A DNA stretch of 64,000 bases, from the NCBI GenBank assembly GCA_964653435.1, contig CAZZFA010000003.1:9521-73520 (forward strand), given 5' to 3'. Each line of letters starts with the position of its first letter. Position 1 is the stretch's first letter. This stretch comes from an uncultured Planctomycetales bacterium. GTDB taxonomy: Bacteria > Planctomycetota > Phycisphaerae > UBA1845 > PWPN01. Position numbers and translations under genes: made by a program. Shown piece after piece: positions 18,229-30,086 of the stretch. The notes below the pieces were generated by a model. The model saw only the letters and a program-made list of their open reading frames with translations. It searched no databases and was not told the origin of the DNA.

Positions 18229-19521
18229 ATGTACACGGGTCTGGGTTTTGCGACCGTTCGGCTTGGCATCAAGAACATCACGCTGCACAAGCTGCGCTCC
18301 TTCCTGACGACGCTGGGGATCATCTGCGGCGTGGCCGCGGTGATCTGCATGCTCTCGATCAGCGAGGGGGCGTCCGAGGCGGAGATGGCGCTGATCCGGC
18401 TGCTGGGCACGCAGAATGTGATCATCCAGTCGGCCCAGCCGGAGGCGGGCGGCGACGTCTCGCAGCAGGTTTCGCGGCTGCTCGAATACGGCCTGACGCG
18501 GGCGGACTACGACTTGATTGCCGGGACCATTCCGCACGTCAAGGGCATTGTTCCGCTGCGGGAGGTTGCGTTCGAGGCGTCGTACGGTCCCACGGTGTAC
18601 CCGGCTACGGTCGTCGGAACGCGGCCGGAGTTCTTCAGCACGATTCACGTGACCGTCGCCGAAGGCCGGCCGCTTCAGGTCGTCGATCAGGCCAACATGG
18701 CAAAGGTCTGCGTGATCGGGGACGAGGTTCGCAGGAAGCTTTTCGCCTACGAGGATCCGATCGGCAAGGTCCTTACGGTCAGCACCGCGGCCTCCGGCGT
18801 GATTCCGTTCGAGGTGGTCGGCGTTCTGAGCCGGGTCGAGACGGCCGGGCTTCCGGCCAAAGGAGTGGCGGAGCGGAACCTCAACGCGGACGTTTTCATT
18901 CCGCTTTCCACGGCGGACGCCCGCTACGGCGACCTTCGGATCAAGGTCGGCAGCGGCACGCGGGAGTACAGCCGGTGCGAATACAGCGACTTCTATGTGC
19001 AGGTGGATTCGCTCGCCTATGTCCTGCCGGTGTCGGAGATGCTCAAGCAGGCGCTGGCTCACAAGCACAAGCGGGTGGACTACGTGGTCAAGGTTCCGCT
19101 GGAACGTCTGCGGATCTTCGAAGCCGAAAAGCGGCGCCGCCAGGTGACGCTGGGCTCCATCGCGGGCATCTCGCTGCTCGTGGGCGGGATCGGCATCATG
19201 AACATCATGCTGGCGACGGTGACCGAACGGACGCGTGAGATCGGCATCCGCCGCGCCCTGGGAGCGAAGCGCCGCCACATTACGGCCCAGTTTCTCATCG
19301 AATCGCTGATGCTGAGCAGCGCCGGGGGCCTGATCGGCGTGGTCTGCGGCGCGAGCGGCGCATTTGCGATCACGCAATGGGTCGGCTGGCCGACGGTCAT
19401 CCACCAGTGGACGATCTTCGTCAGCCTGGCCCTGGCCCTGGCGGTGGGCGTCTTCTTCGGCATCTACCCCGCCGCCGCGGCGGCACGGCTCGATCCGATC
19501 GAGGCGCTGCGGCATTCCTGA
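18229..19521 (+). CDS. ABC transporter permease (MacB periplasmic domain + FtsX fold)
   Basis: N-terminal KNITLHKLRSFLTTLGIICGVAAVI, a large periplasmic domain, and a C-terminal FtsX-type 3-TM bundle with TERTREIGIRRALGAKRRHI. Start ATG 18229 within ORF 18130..19521. Confidence 0.9.
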   Translation: MYTGLGFATVRLGIKNITLHKLRSFLTTLGIICGVAAVICMLSISEGASEAEMALIRLLGTQNVIIQSAQPEAGGDVSQQVSRLLEYGLTRADYDLIAGTIPHVKGIVPLREVAFEASYGPTVYPATVVGTRPEFFSTIHVTVAEGRPLQVVDQANMAKVCVIGDEVRRKLFAYEDPIGKVLTVSTAASGVIPFEVVGVLSRVETAGLPAKGVAERNLNADVFIPLSTADARYGDLRIKVGSGTREYSRCEYSDFYVQVDSLAYVLPVSEMLKQALAHKHKRVDYVVKVPLERLRIFEAEKRRRQVTLGSIAGISLLVGGIGIMNIMLATVTERTREIGIRRALGAKRRHITAQFLIESLMLSSAGGLIGVVCGASGAFAITQWVGWPTVIHQWTIFVSLALALAVGVFFGIYPAAAAARLDPIEALRHS

Positions 19522-19685
19522 CCTTCGCAAGTCACGCGCGCAGCGGTTTTCGCTCGGCCGCGTGTCGCGTACAATGCCGTTGATGGTGAGCGGGGACGGA
19601 GGCAGGGCAAGAGTCACAGCTCATCGGGTGGATCAATATCCCCGGGAAGAGTTGTGGCAAAGGTTTCCAGCGGAGGACGCCACCC

Positions 19686-20759
19686 ATGTTCCAGGCGTTT
19701 CAGGTGAAGAATTTTCGATGCTTCCGGCATCTGAAGCTCGATTCGCTCGAGCGTGTTAACCTTGTTACCGGAAAGAACAACGCCGGCAAGACGGCCCTGT
19801 TGGAGGCGATTTTTCTTCATCTCGGCGCGATCAATCCGGAACTGTCCACCCTTCGTTTGAATGCTTTCCGAGGGTTCGAGGTGCCGCTTGCTGAAGCGTT
19901 GGAGACTTGGGGATGGCTGTTTCGCGATCGCGAAACCGGCGGTGAGATTGAGTCGACTTCGACTGATGAGCACGGTGTCAAGCGCAGGCTTGTGATCCGT
20001 CTTGGCGTAGCCGAAACGTCCGAGGTGCCTCTGGCAGAGAAGGGTCATCGGGGCGGCGGCGGGTCATCACACGCACTGGTGAGCCGACCGGTTCCGCAGG
20101 AGCTGCGCCTTGAATTCGACGATGGCAGCGGCCACGTCGTTCGGAGCAGCAGTGTAATTGCTGAAGATCACGTCGAGTTTCGGGCCCCTGCGTCAGCGGC
20201 TTTTCCGCTCAGCTGCTTCTTCAGTACCCGGCTTCGCAGCAAGGACGAGGACGTGGATCGATTCAGCAAGCTTGATGAGGTGGGACGGCAAGACGAGTTG
20301 CTGGCGATCCTCAAGCTTGTCGAGCCCAAGTTGCAGCGGCTTGCCGTGCACACCGTTCGCGGGGTGACTTCCATTCGCGGTGACGTTGGAATGGGAAGGA
20401 TGGTTCCGCTCGCGCTCATGGGCGAGGGACTCGTTCGTCTTCTGTCGATCAGTACAGCCATACTATCCTGTAAAGATGGTGCCGTCCTTGTGGATGAGAT
20501 CGAGAACGGTCTTCACCACGAGGTTCTCCCGTCCGTCTGGGCCGGGGTCGCCGAGGCGGCTCGCAAGTCAAATGTGCAGGTCTTTGCCACGACGCACAGC
20601 CGCGAGTGCGTTGAGGCGGCTCATCGTGCGTTCAGCGAAAGTCTGCACTACGATCTGCGTGTGATTCGCTTGGAGCGGGAGGAGAAGGAGATCTGCGCGA
20701 TCCCCTACACGAAGGATACGCTGGACACCTCGTTTGAGATGAGCCTGGAGGTTCGGTGA
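19686..20759 (+). CDS. SMC/RecF/OLD-style ABC ATPase (AAA_21/AAA_15-like), component A of a candidate two-gene system
   Basis: FQVKNFRCFRHLKL...LVTGKNNAGKT (Walker A), a ~200-aa insertion, signature-like LMGEGLVRLLSI, Walker B AVLVDEIE, H-loop ATTHS. GGAGGA lies 9 nt upstream of the ATG. G+C is visibly lower than in neighbouring genes. Confidence 0.85.
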   Translation: MFQAFQVKNFRCFRHLKLDSLERVNLVTGKNNAGKTALLEAIFLHLGAINPELSTLRLNAFRGFEVPLAEALETWGWLFRDRETGGEIESTSTDEHGVKRRLVIRLGVAETSEVPLAEKGHRGGGGSSHALVSRPVPQELRLEFDDGSGHVVRSSSVIAEDHVEFRAPASAAFPLSCFFSTRLRSKDEDVDRFSKLDEVGRQDELLAILKLVEPKLQRLAVHTVRGVTSIRGDVGMGRMVPLALMGEGLVRLLSISTAILSCKDGAVLVDEIENGLHHEVLPSVWAGVAEAARKSNVQVFATTHSRECVEAAHRAFSESLHYDLRVIRLEREEKEICAIPYTKDTLDTSFEMSLEVR

Positions 20760-21370
20760 TGACGTCTTCCTATCTGAGGATCGCCGGGCCGAAGTTGCTC
20801 ATCGGCGAAGGCGTGGAGGAGAAGAGGTTCTTCGCTGCGCTGCTTAGACATCTCGACAGAACGGATGTGCAGGTCGAGGAGTATGGCGGAAAGGACGGTC
20901 TTTCCCGTTTCCTGGAGGCGCTGCCAAAGATCCCGGGGTATTCCGGCCTGGCTGTGCTGGGCATCACTCGTGATGCGGATAAGTCGCGGAGGGATGCGAA
21001 CGAGAGCGTTCGCGAAGCAATACGAAGGGCAAAGCTTGAAGACCCGGACTTGCCGGAGGGCAGCAGGATCAAGCGTCTTCGGATCCACGTGTTCATTCTG
21101 CCGGATGACGCAACGGACGGGATGCTCGAAGATCTATGCCTCCAGTCAGTCGGAGACGACGCGGCGATGCCGTGTGTGGACGAGTTCCTGCATTGCGTCA
21201 GGCAACGGGCAAAGCGGTACCCATCCAATGAGGCCAAGGCTCGCGTTCACGCCTGGCTATCGTCGCAACGGGTTCCGGACAAGCGATTGGGCGAAGCGGC
21301 CGAGGCTGGCTACTGGCGCTTCGACCACCCGGCGTTCGATGCGTTGAAGAGCTTCATACGATCGCTTTAA
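20756..21370 (+). CDS. Small TOPRIM-like protein (DUF3226-like), component B of the candidate two-gene system
   Basis: The start overlaps the stop of gene A (GTG 20756 or ATG 20759 versus TGA 20757-20759). Motifs are KLLIGEGVEE, GITRDAD (DxD), ILPDDATDGMLEDL and ...KARVHAWLSSQ...LGEAAEAGYW. This matches my memory of DUF3226-type proteins that accompany AAA ATPases. Confidence 0.75.
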   Translation: MMTSSYLRIAGPKLLIGEGVEEKRFFAALLRHLDRTDVQVEEYGGKDGLSRFLEALPKIPGYSGLAVLGITRDADKSRRDANESVREAIRRAKLEDPDLPEGSRIKRLRIHVFILPDDATDGMLEDLCLQSVGDDAAMPCVDEFLHCVRQRAKRYPSNEAKARVHAWLSSQRVPDKRLGEAAEAGYWRFDHPAFDALKSFIRSL

Positions 21371-21485
21371 TCTACCGGTGTCTTGCTGTCCTATGCGGTA
21401 ACGCCGGCTGACGGGCGATCATTGGCGCGGTTTCGGGCGATGGGGATGAGTCCGCTCCTTGCTGCCCCGCCGGTGCGGATACAGC

Positions 21486-23141
21486 TCACTCGGTGCCGAG
21501 TGGTCGGTAGTTCACGTCCAGTGCGTCGAGCCGCTTGAGGTCCGCGCGCAGTCGATCGAGGAATCGCCCGTAGTCGCGCTGTTGTTTCGGCGACCAGACG
21601 ATCTCCGCCAGCGCTGCCGCCCGCGGGAACGCCATGTACTCGACGTGCCGCGTGTCCGGCATGTACTCCGCCCACAGTTGCCCCTGTGAGCCGAGGATGT
21701 GTCTGGCCTCCTCGTCGCTCAGGACGCTCGGGATCGGTTCGTACTGATAGACCTTTTCCAGCGGCAGGTCGCCGCCGATTGCCAAAGGCTCCTTTTCGCG
21801 CGGGCCCTGGCAGTAGTCGAAGTAGGTGTGCGTCGTCGGGGCCATGACGACGTCGTGGCCCGCACGGGCCGCCGTGATCCCGCCCTGCTCGCCCCGCCAG
21901 GACATCACCACCGCGCCGGGCGCCAGGCCGCCCTCGAGGATCTCGTCCCAGCCCACCAGCCGCCGTCCGTGCTTCGTCAGGAACGTATCCATCTGGCGGA
22001 TGAACCAGCTCTGCATCTCGGCCTCGTCTTTCAGGCCGAGTTCCCGGATACGCGCCTGCACGGCCGGGCTGGCCTTCCACTGGTCCTTGATCGCCTCGTC
22101 GCCCCCGACGTGGATGTACGGGCTCGGGAACAGCTCCAGCACCTCGGTGAGCACATCCTGCAGAAAGGCGATGGTCCTGTCCGTCGGGGCGAAGATGTCG
22201 GGGCAGACGCCCCACACGGTCCACGGCCGCAACGGTTTGTCGGGGTGGCATCCGAGCTCCGGGTACGCCGCGATGGCGGCGCGGGCGTGGCCGGGCATCT
22301 CGATCTCCGGGACCACGTTGATATGCCGGTCCGCCGCGTAGCGCACGATCTCGCGGATGTCGTCCTGCGTGTAGAAGCCGCCGTGCCGCCGGCCGTCGAA
22401 CTTCCACGGCTTCTCGCGAGGATGGCCGATCAGCGTTTCGTCGCGCCAGGCGCCGATCTCGGTGAGCTTCGGATACTTCCGGATCTCGATCCGCCATCCC
22501 TGGTCGTCGGTCAGGTGGAGTTGGAGGCTGTTGAGCTTGTGCAGCGCCATTACGTCGAGCAGCTTGAGCACGAACGATTTCGGCATGAAATGACGCGCCG
22601 TGTCGAGCAGCAGGCCGCGCCAGGCGAATCGCGGATAGTCCGTGATCGAGACACACGGCACGGTCCAGCGGACGCCGCCGACGGCCGCTTTGCGGAAGAT
22701 CGCCGCCGGCAGAAGCTGCCGGACCGACTGCGCGCCGTAAAACAACCCCGCCGGCGTCGCCGCACGGATGACGACCCGCTCGGGCGTCACATCGAGGCTG
22801 TATCCCTCGCTGCCGAGTTGGGCGTGAAGGTCGTCGATCTGCAGCGCGATGACATTGGCGTGCGGCGCGTTGCCTTGGGCGAGGGGCAATCGGAATCCCA
22901 TTGCAGGCGCGAGGCAGTCGATCAGCTTCTGCGCCTCAATCGCCGCGGCACCGCTCGCCGCCACCGTCGTCTCCGGCGAGATGACAAACACGCCCGGCAG
23001 CGTCCTCATCCGCACCGGCTCCGGGATGACCGACGTTCTGCCGGCAGCCGCCGTGGCCGGAGGTCCGCCGTCGGAAGCCGCGGCCACACCCAGACACATG
23101 AGAAACGACGGAAACGACGCGTGGAACATGTCGGACTCCAT
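21486..23141 (-). CDS. Beta-N-acetylhexosaminidase (GH20), secreted
   Basis: Signal peptide, then HLHLTDDQGWRIEI, the catalytic region HVGGDE, and a typical GH20 TIM-barrel layout. Confidence 0.9.
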   Translation of the reverse strand: MESDMFHASFPSFLMCLGVAAASDGGPPATAAAGRTSVIPEPVRMRTLPGVFVISPETTVAASGAAAIEAQKLIDCLAPAMGFRLPLAQGNAPHANVIALQIDDLHAQLGSEGYSLDVTPERVVIRAATPAGLFYGAQSVRQLLPAAIFRKAAVGGVRWTVPCVSITDYPRFAWRGLLLDTARHFMPKSFVLKLLDVMALHKLNSLQLHLTDDQGWRIEIRKYPKLTEIGAWRDETLIGHPREKPWKFDGRRHGGFYTQDDIREIVRYAADRHINVVPEIEMPGHARAAIAAYPELGCHPDKPLRPWTVWGVCPDIFAPTDRTIAFLQDVLTEVLELFPSPYIHVGGDEAIKDQWKASPAVQARIRELGLKDEAEMQSWFIRQMDTFLTKHGRRLVGWDEILEGGLAPGAVVMSWRGEQGGITAARAGHDVVMAPTTHTYFDYCQGPREKEPLAIGGDLPLEKVYQYEPIPSVLSDEEARHILGSQGQLWAEYMPDTRHVEYMAFPRAAALAEIVWSPKQQRDYGRFLDRLRADLKRLDALDVNYRPLGTE

Positions 23142-23235
23142 ACGGCACGACGCTTTCGTTCAGCCGATCGGTCGCATCCTACCGTGAAAACGGGCCGAGG
23201 TACACGTCCGCCCGCCGGGCGGATCGTTTTGCGTC

Positions 23236-23246
23236 GGGGGGGGGGG
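23236..23246. repeat. G11 homopolymer tract in a divergent intergenic region
   Basis: Eleven consecutive G (gcgtcGGGGGGGGGGGcggc) between the GH20 start (23141, minus) and the M16 peptidase start (23432, plus). Confidence 0.9.
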
Positions 23247-23431
23247 CGGCCCGCGCGTTTTCCGCGTTTTCTCGTCTCTTTCGCCTCCGCGCGGTGCGGG
23301 GTTGCATCGACGGGCCCCTTTCCCGTGTTGCGGCAAGACGCGGCGCGGGGTACCTTCTTGCCTGCGGGGTGCCGGGCGGCTGGCTTTGCCATGTGAATTG
23401 ACCCGCGTCGGAACACAGAGGACCGGGAACG

Positions 23432-26323
23432 ATGAGGATGCAGAGACGTTGGGCCGTTTTCGTCGCAGTCATATCGCTGGCGCCCGCCGCCGGCGCGCCG
23501 GCGGCCGAGCGGCCGTTGCCGCGGGATTCTCGCATCCTGACCGGCACGCTCGACAACCGGGTGACCTGGGTGTACCGCAGGCATGACAACCCGCCGGGCA
23601 GAATGGCCGTGATGATGCATGTGCGGACAGGCTCGCTGAACGAGACCGATTCGCAGCGCGGCCTGGCGCACTTCATGGAACACATGATGTTCAACGGCAC
23701 GGAGCATTTCCCCCCGGGCAGGCTGATCCCCTGCCTGGAAAGCCTCGGGATGAAGTTCGGCGGCGACGTGAACGCCAGCACCAGCTTCGATCGGACGGTG
23801 TTCATGCTTTTCCTGCCGAGCGCCGACCTCGATATGATCGACAAAGCGCTCATGGTGATGAGCGACTACGCATTCCGGGCGTCGCTCGACGAGAAGGAGA
23901 TCGACAAGGAACGTGGCGTGATTCTGGAAGAGGCCCGTTCCCGCAAGAACGCCGAGCAGCGGATCCGCGATGCCCTCTGGCCCGAGCTGTACGCGGGCTC
24001 GCGTTTCCCGACGCGCTTGCCGATCGGCATTCCCGAGGTGATCGAGAAGGCCCCCCGCCGCGAGTTCGTGGAGTATTACCGCACGTGGTATCGCCCGGAG
24101 AACGTCACCCTCGTGCTCGTCGGGGATGCCGATCCCGAGCCGATCATTCCGCGGATCCGCAAATGGTTCGGCGACTACCGGCCGGATGTACCTCCGCGCA
24201 AGCCTCTGCGGGCCGACGTCAAGCCGTTCAGCGAATCCCGCGCCTTCGTCGTCACCGATCCGGAAATCACGACGTGCCGCGTGCAGATGCTCAACGTGCT
24301 GCCGGGCCGGCCCCCGGCGCTGACGGTCGAGCAGTGGCGCACGGAACTCGTCGAGGACCTCGCGGAGCGAATCCTCGCCCGCCGCTTCGACGACCGGGTC
24401 AAGAAGGGGCAGGCCCGCTACCGCTCCGCGAACACGAGCGTGAGCCGCCTGTTCAAGGAGGCCCTTTCCGTCAGCGGCTCGGCGACCGGCGAGCCCGCCG
24501 ACTGGGCGACGATGCTCGAGGAGCTCATCCTCGAAATCTGCCGCGCCCGCGAGTACGGCTTCACCGATCGGGAGATGACTCTGGTCCGCCGGGAACTCCT
24601 GGCCGCGTGCGAGCGGGCCGTGCGGACGGAATCCACCCGCAACGCCCGCAGCGTGATCCAGGAGATCGTCAGCGCCATCGACGAGGGCGTACCCGTGCTT
24701 TCGGCGCAGCAGGAACTTGATCTGGTGCGCGAGCTGCTGCCGACCGTCTCGACGTCCGAAGTCAGTACGGCGTTTCGAAAGCAATTCGCGCCGGGCCCGT
24801 TTGCCTACGTGGTCCTTCTGCCGCAGAAGGAGGGCGTCGCCGTGCCGTCGAAGGACGACGTACTGGCGGCCGCCCGCGCCGCTCTGGCCCGCAAGGTCGA
24901 GCCGCCGCAGGAGGACAGGACGCCCGACGACATCCTGACGGTTCTGCCGGCGCCGGGCCGGATCGTCGAGAGCACGGTGGATGAGGCTCTCGGCATCACC
25001 AGCGCGTGGATGGAGAACGGGGCCCGCGTCCATCACCGCTTCATGGACTACAAGAAGGACTCGGTGGCGGTAAGCATCAGCTTTGCCGGCGGCGGAATCG
25101 AGGAGACGCCGGAGAATCTCGGCATCACGTCCCTGGCGGGCCTGGTGTTCAGCAACGCGGCGACGAACCGGCTCGACTCGGGAGCCGTGCGCGACCTGAT
25201 GCTCGGCAGGAATATCCGCGTCAGCGGGGGGCCCGGCGGTGACGACGCCTTTGTGGTCGGCGTCAGCGGGTCGCCGAAGGACCTTGAGGCCGGCCTGAAG
25301 CTGGCATACGCCCTCATCACGGACGGGAAGATCGAGGAAACCGCCTTCCGCAACTGGAAGTCGCTCGCCCTTCGCGAGATCGAACGAAACCAGACCGACG
25401 TGAGTTTCAAGGCGGGCGAGGCCCTGAGCGACCTGCTCAGCGGCGGCGACCCGCGCCGCCTGCCGGTCAGCCGCGAGAACATCGAGGCGCTTACGATCCC
25501 CGCCGCCCAGGCGTGGCTGGCACGCCTGGGCCGCGAGGCGCCCGTGGAGGTGGCGGTCGTCGGCGACATTCGATGGGACGAGGTCAGGCCGCTGATCGAG
25601 CGTTACGTGGGTTCGTTGCCGAAACGGAGCCGCTCGGCGGAGCATCTCGACACGCTTCGCATCCTTCGTCGTCCGGCCGGGCCGCTCTCGCGCCGGGTCG
25701 AGGTGGGCACGGTGACGCCCGCCGCCGTGGCGTACACGGGCTTTGCTGGCTGCGAGGGGCGACGCACGGATGATCGACGGGCGCTGAGCATGGCCGCGAG
25801 CATCCTGACCAGCCGTCTGATCCGACGTGTCCGCGAGGATCTATCGCTCGTCTACGGTATCAGCGTCGAGAGCACGCCGTCATGGATCTACCGGGATGCC
25901 GGGCGCTTCTCGGCGGGGGCCAAGTGCAAACCGGAGAACGCCGACCGCGTCGTGGAGGAGGTTCGAAGGGCCTTCGACGAATTCGCCGCATCGGGTCCCA
26001 CGGCCGAAGAACTCGAGCGCGCGCGAAAGCAGATCCTCAACCAGCTCGACACCGGCATGAAAGAGCCCTCATACTGGCTGGATCTGCTCGAGCATCTTGA
26101 TTTGCGGGGCCGCAGCCTTGAGGACGTCAAGACGGTCAAGGCGTGGTACTCCGGCGTCACGGGCAAGCAGGTGCAGGCGGCGTTTCGCGAGTATTACACG
26201 CCGGCCCGCTGCTTCACCGTTACGGCGATTCCGGTGGTCCCGCCGACCGCCCCGGCCGGGGGGCGGCCGCACACGCCGGCTACGAAGAAGGCGGAACCGG
26301 CAGGCGTGTCGGCGGCGCCCTGA
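23432..26323 (+). CDS. M16-family (pitrilysin/insulinase-like) zinc peptidase, double-length, secreted
   Basis: Signal peptide, inverted zinc motif GLAHFMEHMMFNGT (HxxEH), and two tandem M16 active/inactive halves (963 aa). Confidence 0.9.
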   Translation: MRMQRRWAVFVAVISLAPAAGAPAAERPLPRDSRILTGTLDNRVTWVYRRHDNPPGRMAVMMHVRTGSLNETDSQRGLAHFMEHMMFNGTEHFPPGRLIPCLESLGMKFGGDVNASTSFDRTVFMLFLPSADLDMIDKALMVMSDYAFRASLDEKEIDKERGVILEEARSRKNAEQRIRDALWPELYAGSRFPTRLPIGIPEVIEKAPRREFVEYYRTWYRPENVTLVLVGDADPEPIIPRIRKWFGDYRPDVPPRKPLRADVKPFSESRAFVVTDPEITTCRVQMLNVLPGRPPALTVEQWRTELVEDLAERILARRFDDRVKKGQARYRSANTSVSRLFKEALSVSGSATGEPADWATMLEELILEICRAREYGFTDREMTLVRRELLAACERAVRTESTRNARSVIQEIVSAIDEGVPVLSAQQELDLVRELLPTVSTSEVSTAFRKQFAPGPFAYVVLLPQKEGVAVPSKDDVLAAARAALARKVEPPQEDRTPDDILTVLPAPGRIVESTVDEALGITSAWMENGARVHHRFMDYKKDSVAVSISFAGGGIEETPENLGITSLAGLVFSNAATNRLDSGAVRDLMLGRNIRVSGGPGGDDAFVVGVSGSPKDLEAGLKLAYALITDGKIEETAFRNWKSLALREIERNQTDVSFKAGEALSDLLSGGDPRRLPVSRENIEALTIPAAQAWLARLGREAPVEVAVVGDIRWDEVRPLIERYVGSLPKRSRSAEHLDTLRILRRPAGPLSRRVEVGTVTPAAVAYTGFAGCEGRRTDDRRALSMAASILTSRLIRRVREDLSLVYGISVESTPSWIYRDAGRFSAGAKCKPENADRVVEEVRRAFDEFAASGPTAEELERARKQILNQLDTGMKEPSYWLDLLEHLDLRGRSLEDVKTVKAWYSGVTGKQVQAAFREYYTPARCFTVTAIPVVPPTAPAGGRPHTPATKKAEPAGVSAAP

Positions 26324-26478
26324 GAAGTGTTTCGCCCGGCCGTTCGCGTCGTTCTTTGCCGGCGTGCCGAGGCGCGCGAGCCGTGGCCGGGCTTTGCGGC
26401 AGGTTTCGGGGCCCGCGATTGCGTCAGAGCGGCGCGGCGCGCCGTGCCGGATGTGTGCAGGGCGCGCGGTGCGTTCGT

Positions 26479-29397
<2,919 letters not shown>

Positions 29398-29504
29398 GGC
29401 CGACGCAAGCCGCGCCGGACGGGCGAGCCGATCCGTCGCTCCGGTTCGGGCCCGTTTGTAACCCGCGCCCCGGACGGGTATGATGCCGGCCGCTGGGAAA
29501 CGAT

Positions 29505-29966
29505 TTGCCTATGAAACTCTCGGAAATCCTTGATCCTTCCTGCGTGAAGGTTCCCTTGGCGGCGAAGGCAAAAGAGGCGGCCATCGAGGAACTTGTCGAT
29601 CTTCTGGCCCAGAGCGGGCGTATCGGCGATCGGGATGCGCTGCTTGCGGCCGTGTCCGCCCGGGAGCAGGTGCGCTCAACCGGCATCGGGCGCGGGCTCG
29701 CGGTGCCCCACGGCAAGGCGGCCGGCTGCGACCGGCTGGTCATGGCGATCGGCAAGCCGGCCGAGCCCATCGACTTCGCGAGCATCGACGGCCAGCCTGT
29801 GAGCGTGATTGTGCTGCTGGCCAGCCCGCCGGAACAGAGCGGTCCGCATGTGCAGGCCCTCGCGCGGATCAGCCGTCTCATGCTGATGGAGCCCTTCCGT
29901 CAGGCCATCCTCGCGGCGAAGACGGCGAAGGAACTCTACACGGTAATCGTCGAACACGACCGCTGA
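29505..29966 (+). CDS. ptsN: PTS IIA-like nitrogen-regulatory protein (PtsN/EIIA-Ntr type)
   Basis: MKLSEILDPSCV..., and the phosphorylatable His context STGIGRGLAVPHGK. Size (153 aa) is typical of EIIA-Ntr. Confidence 0.75.
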   Translation: MPMKLSEILDPSCVKVPLAAKAKEAAIEELVDLLAQSGRIGDRDALLAAVSAREQVRSTGIGRGLAVPHGKAAGCDRLVMAIGKPAEPIDFASIDGQPVSVIVLLASPPEQSGPHVQALARISRLMLMEPFRQAILAAKTAKELYTVIVEHDR

Positions 29967-30086
29967 TTTGAATGCGGACCTGGGATCGGTCTGTACGGCG
30001 CCGCTGCGCCGCAACCCCTTCCGGTAATTCTTCGCGCGGGATACCCGCCCCGGCTCCGCGATCTGCAACCCGGAATCGAAGACGTT

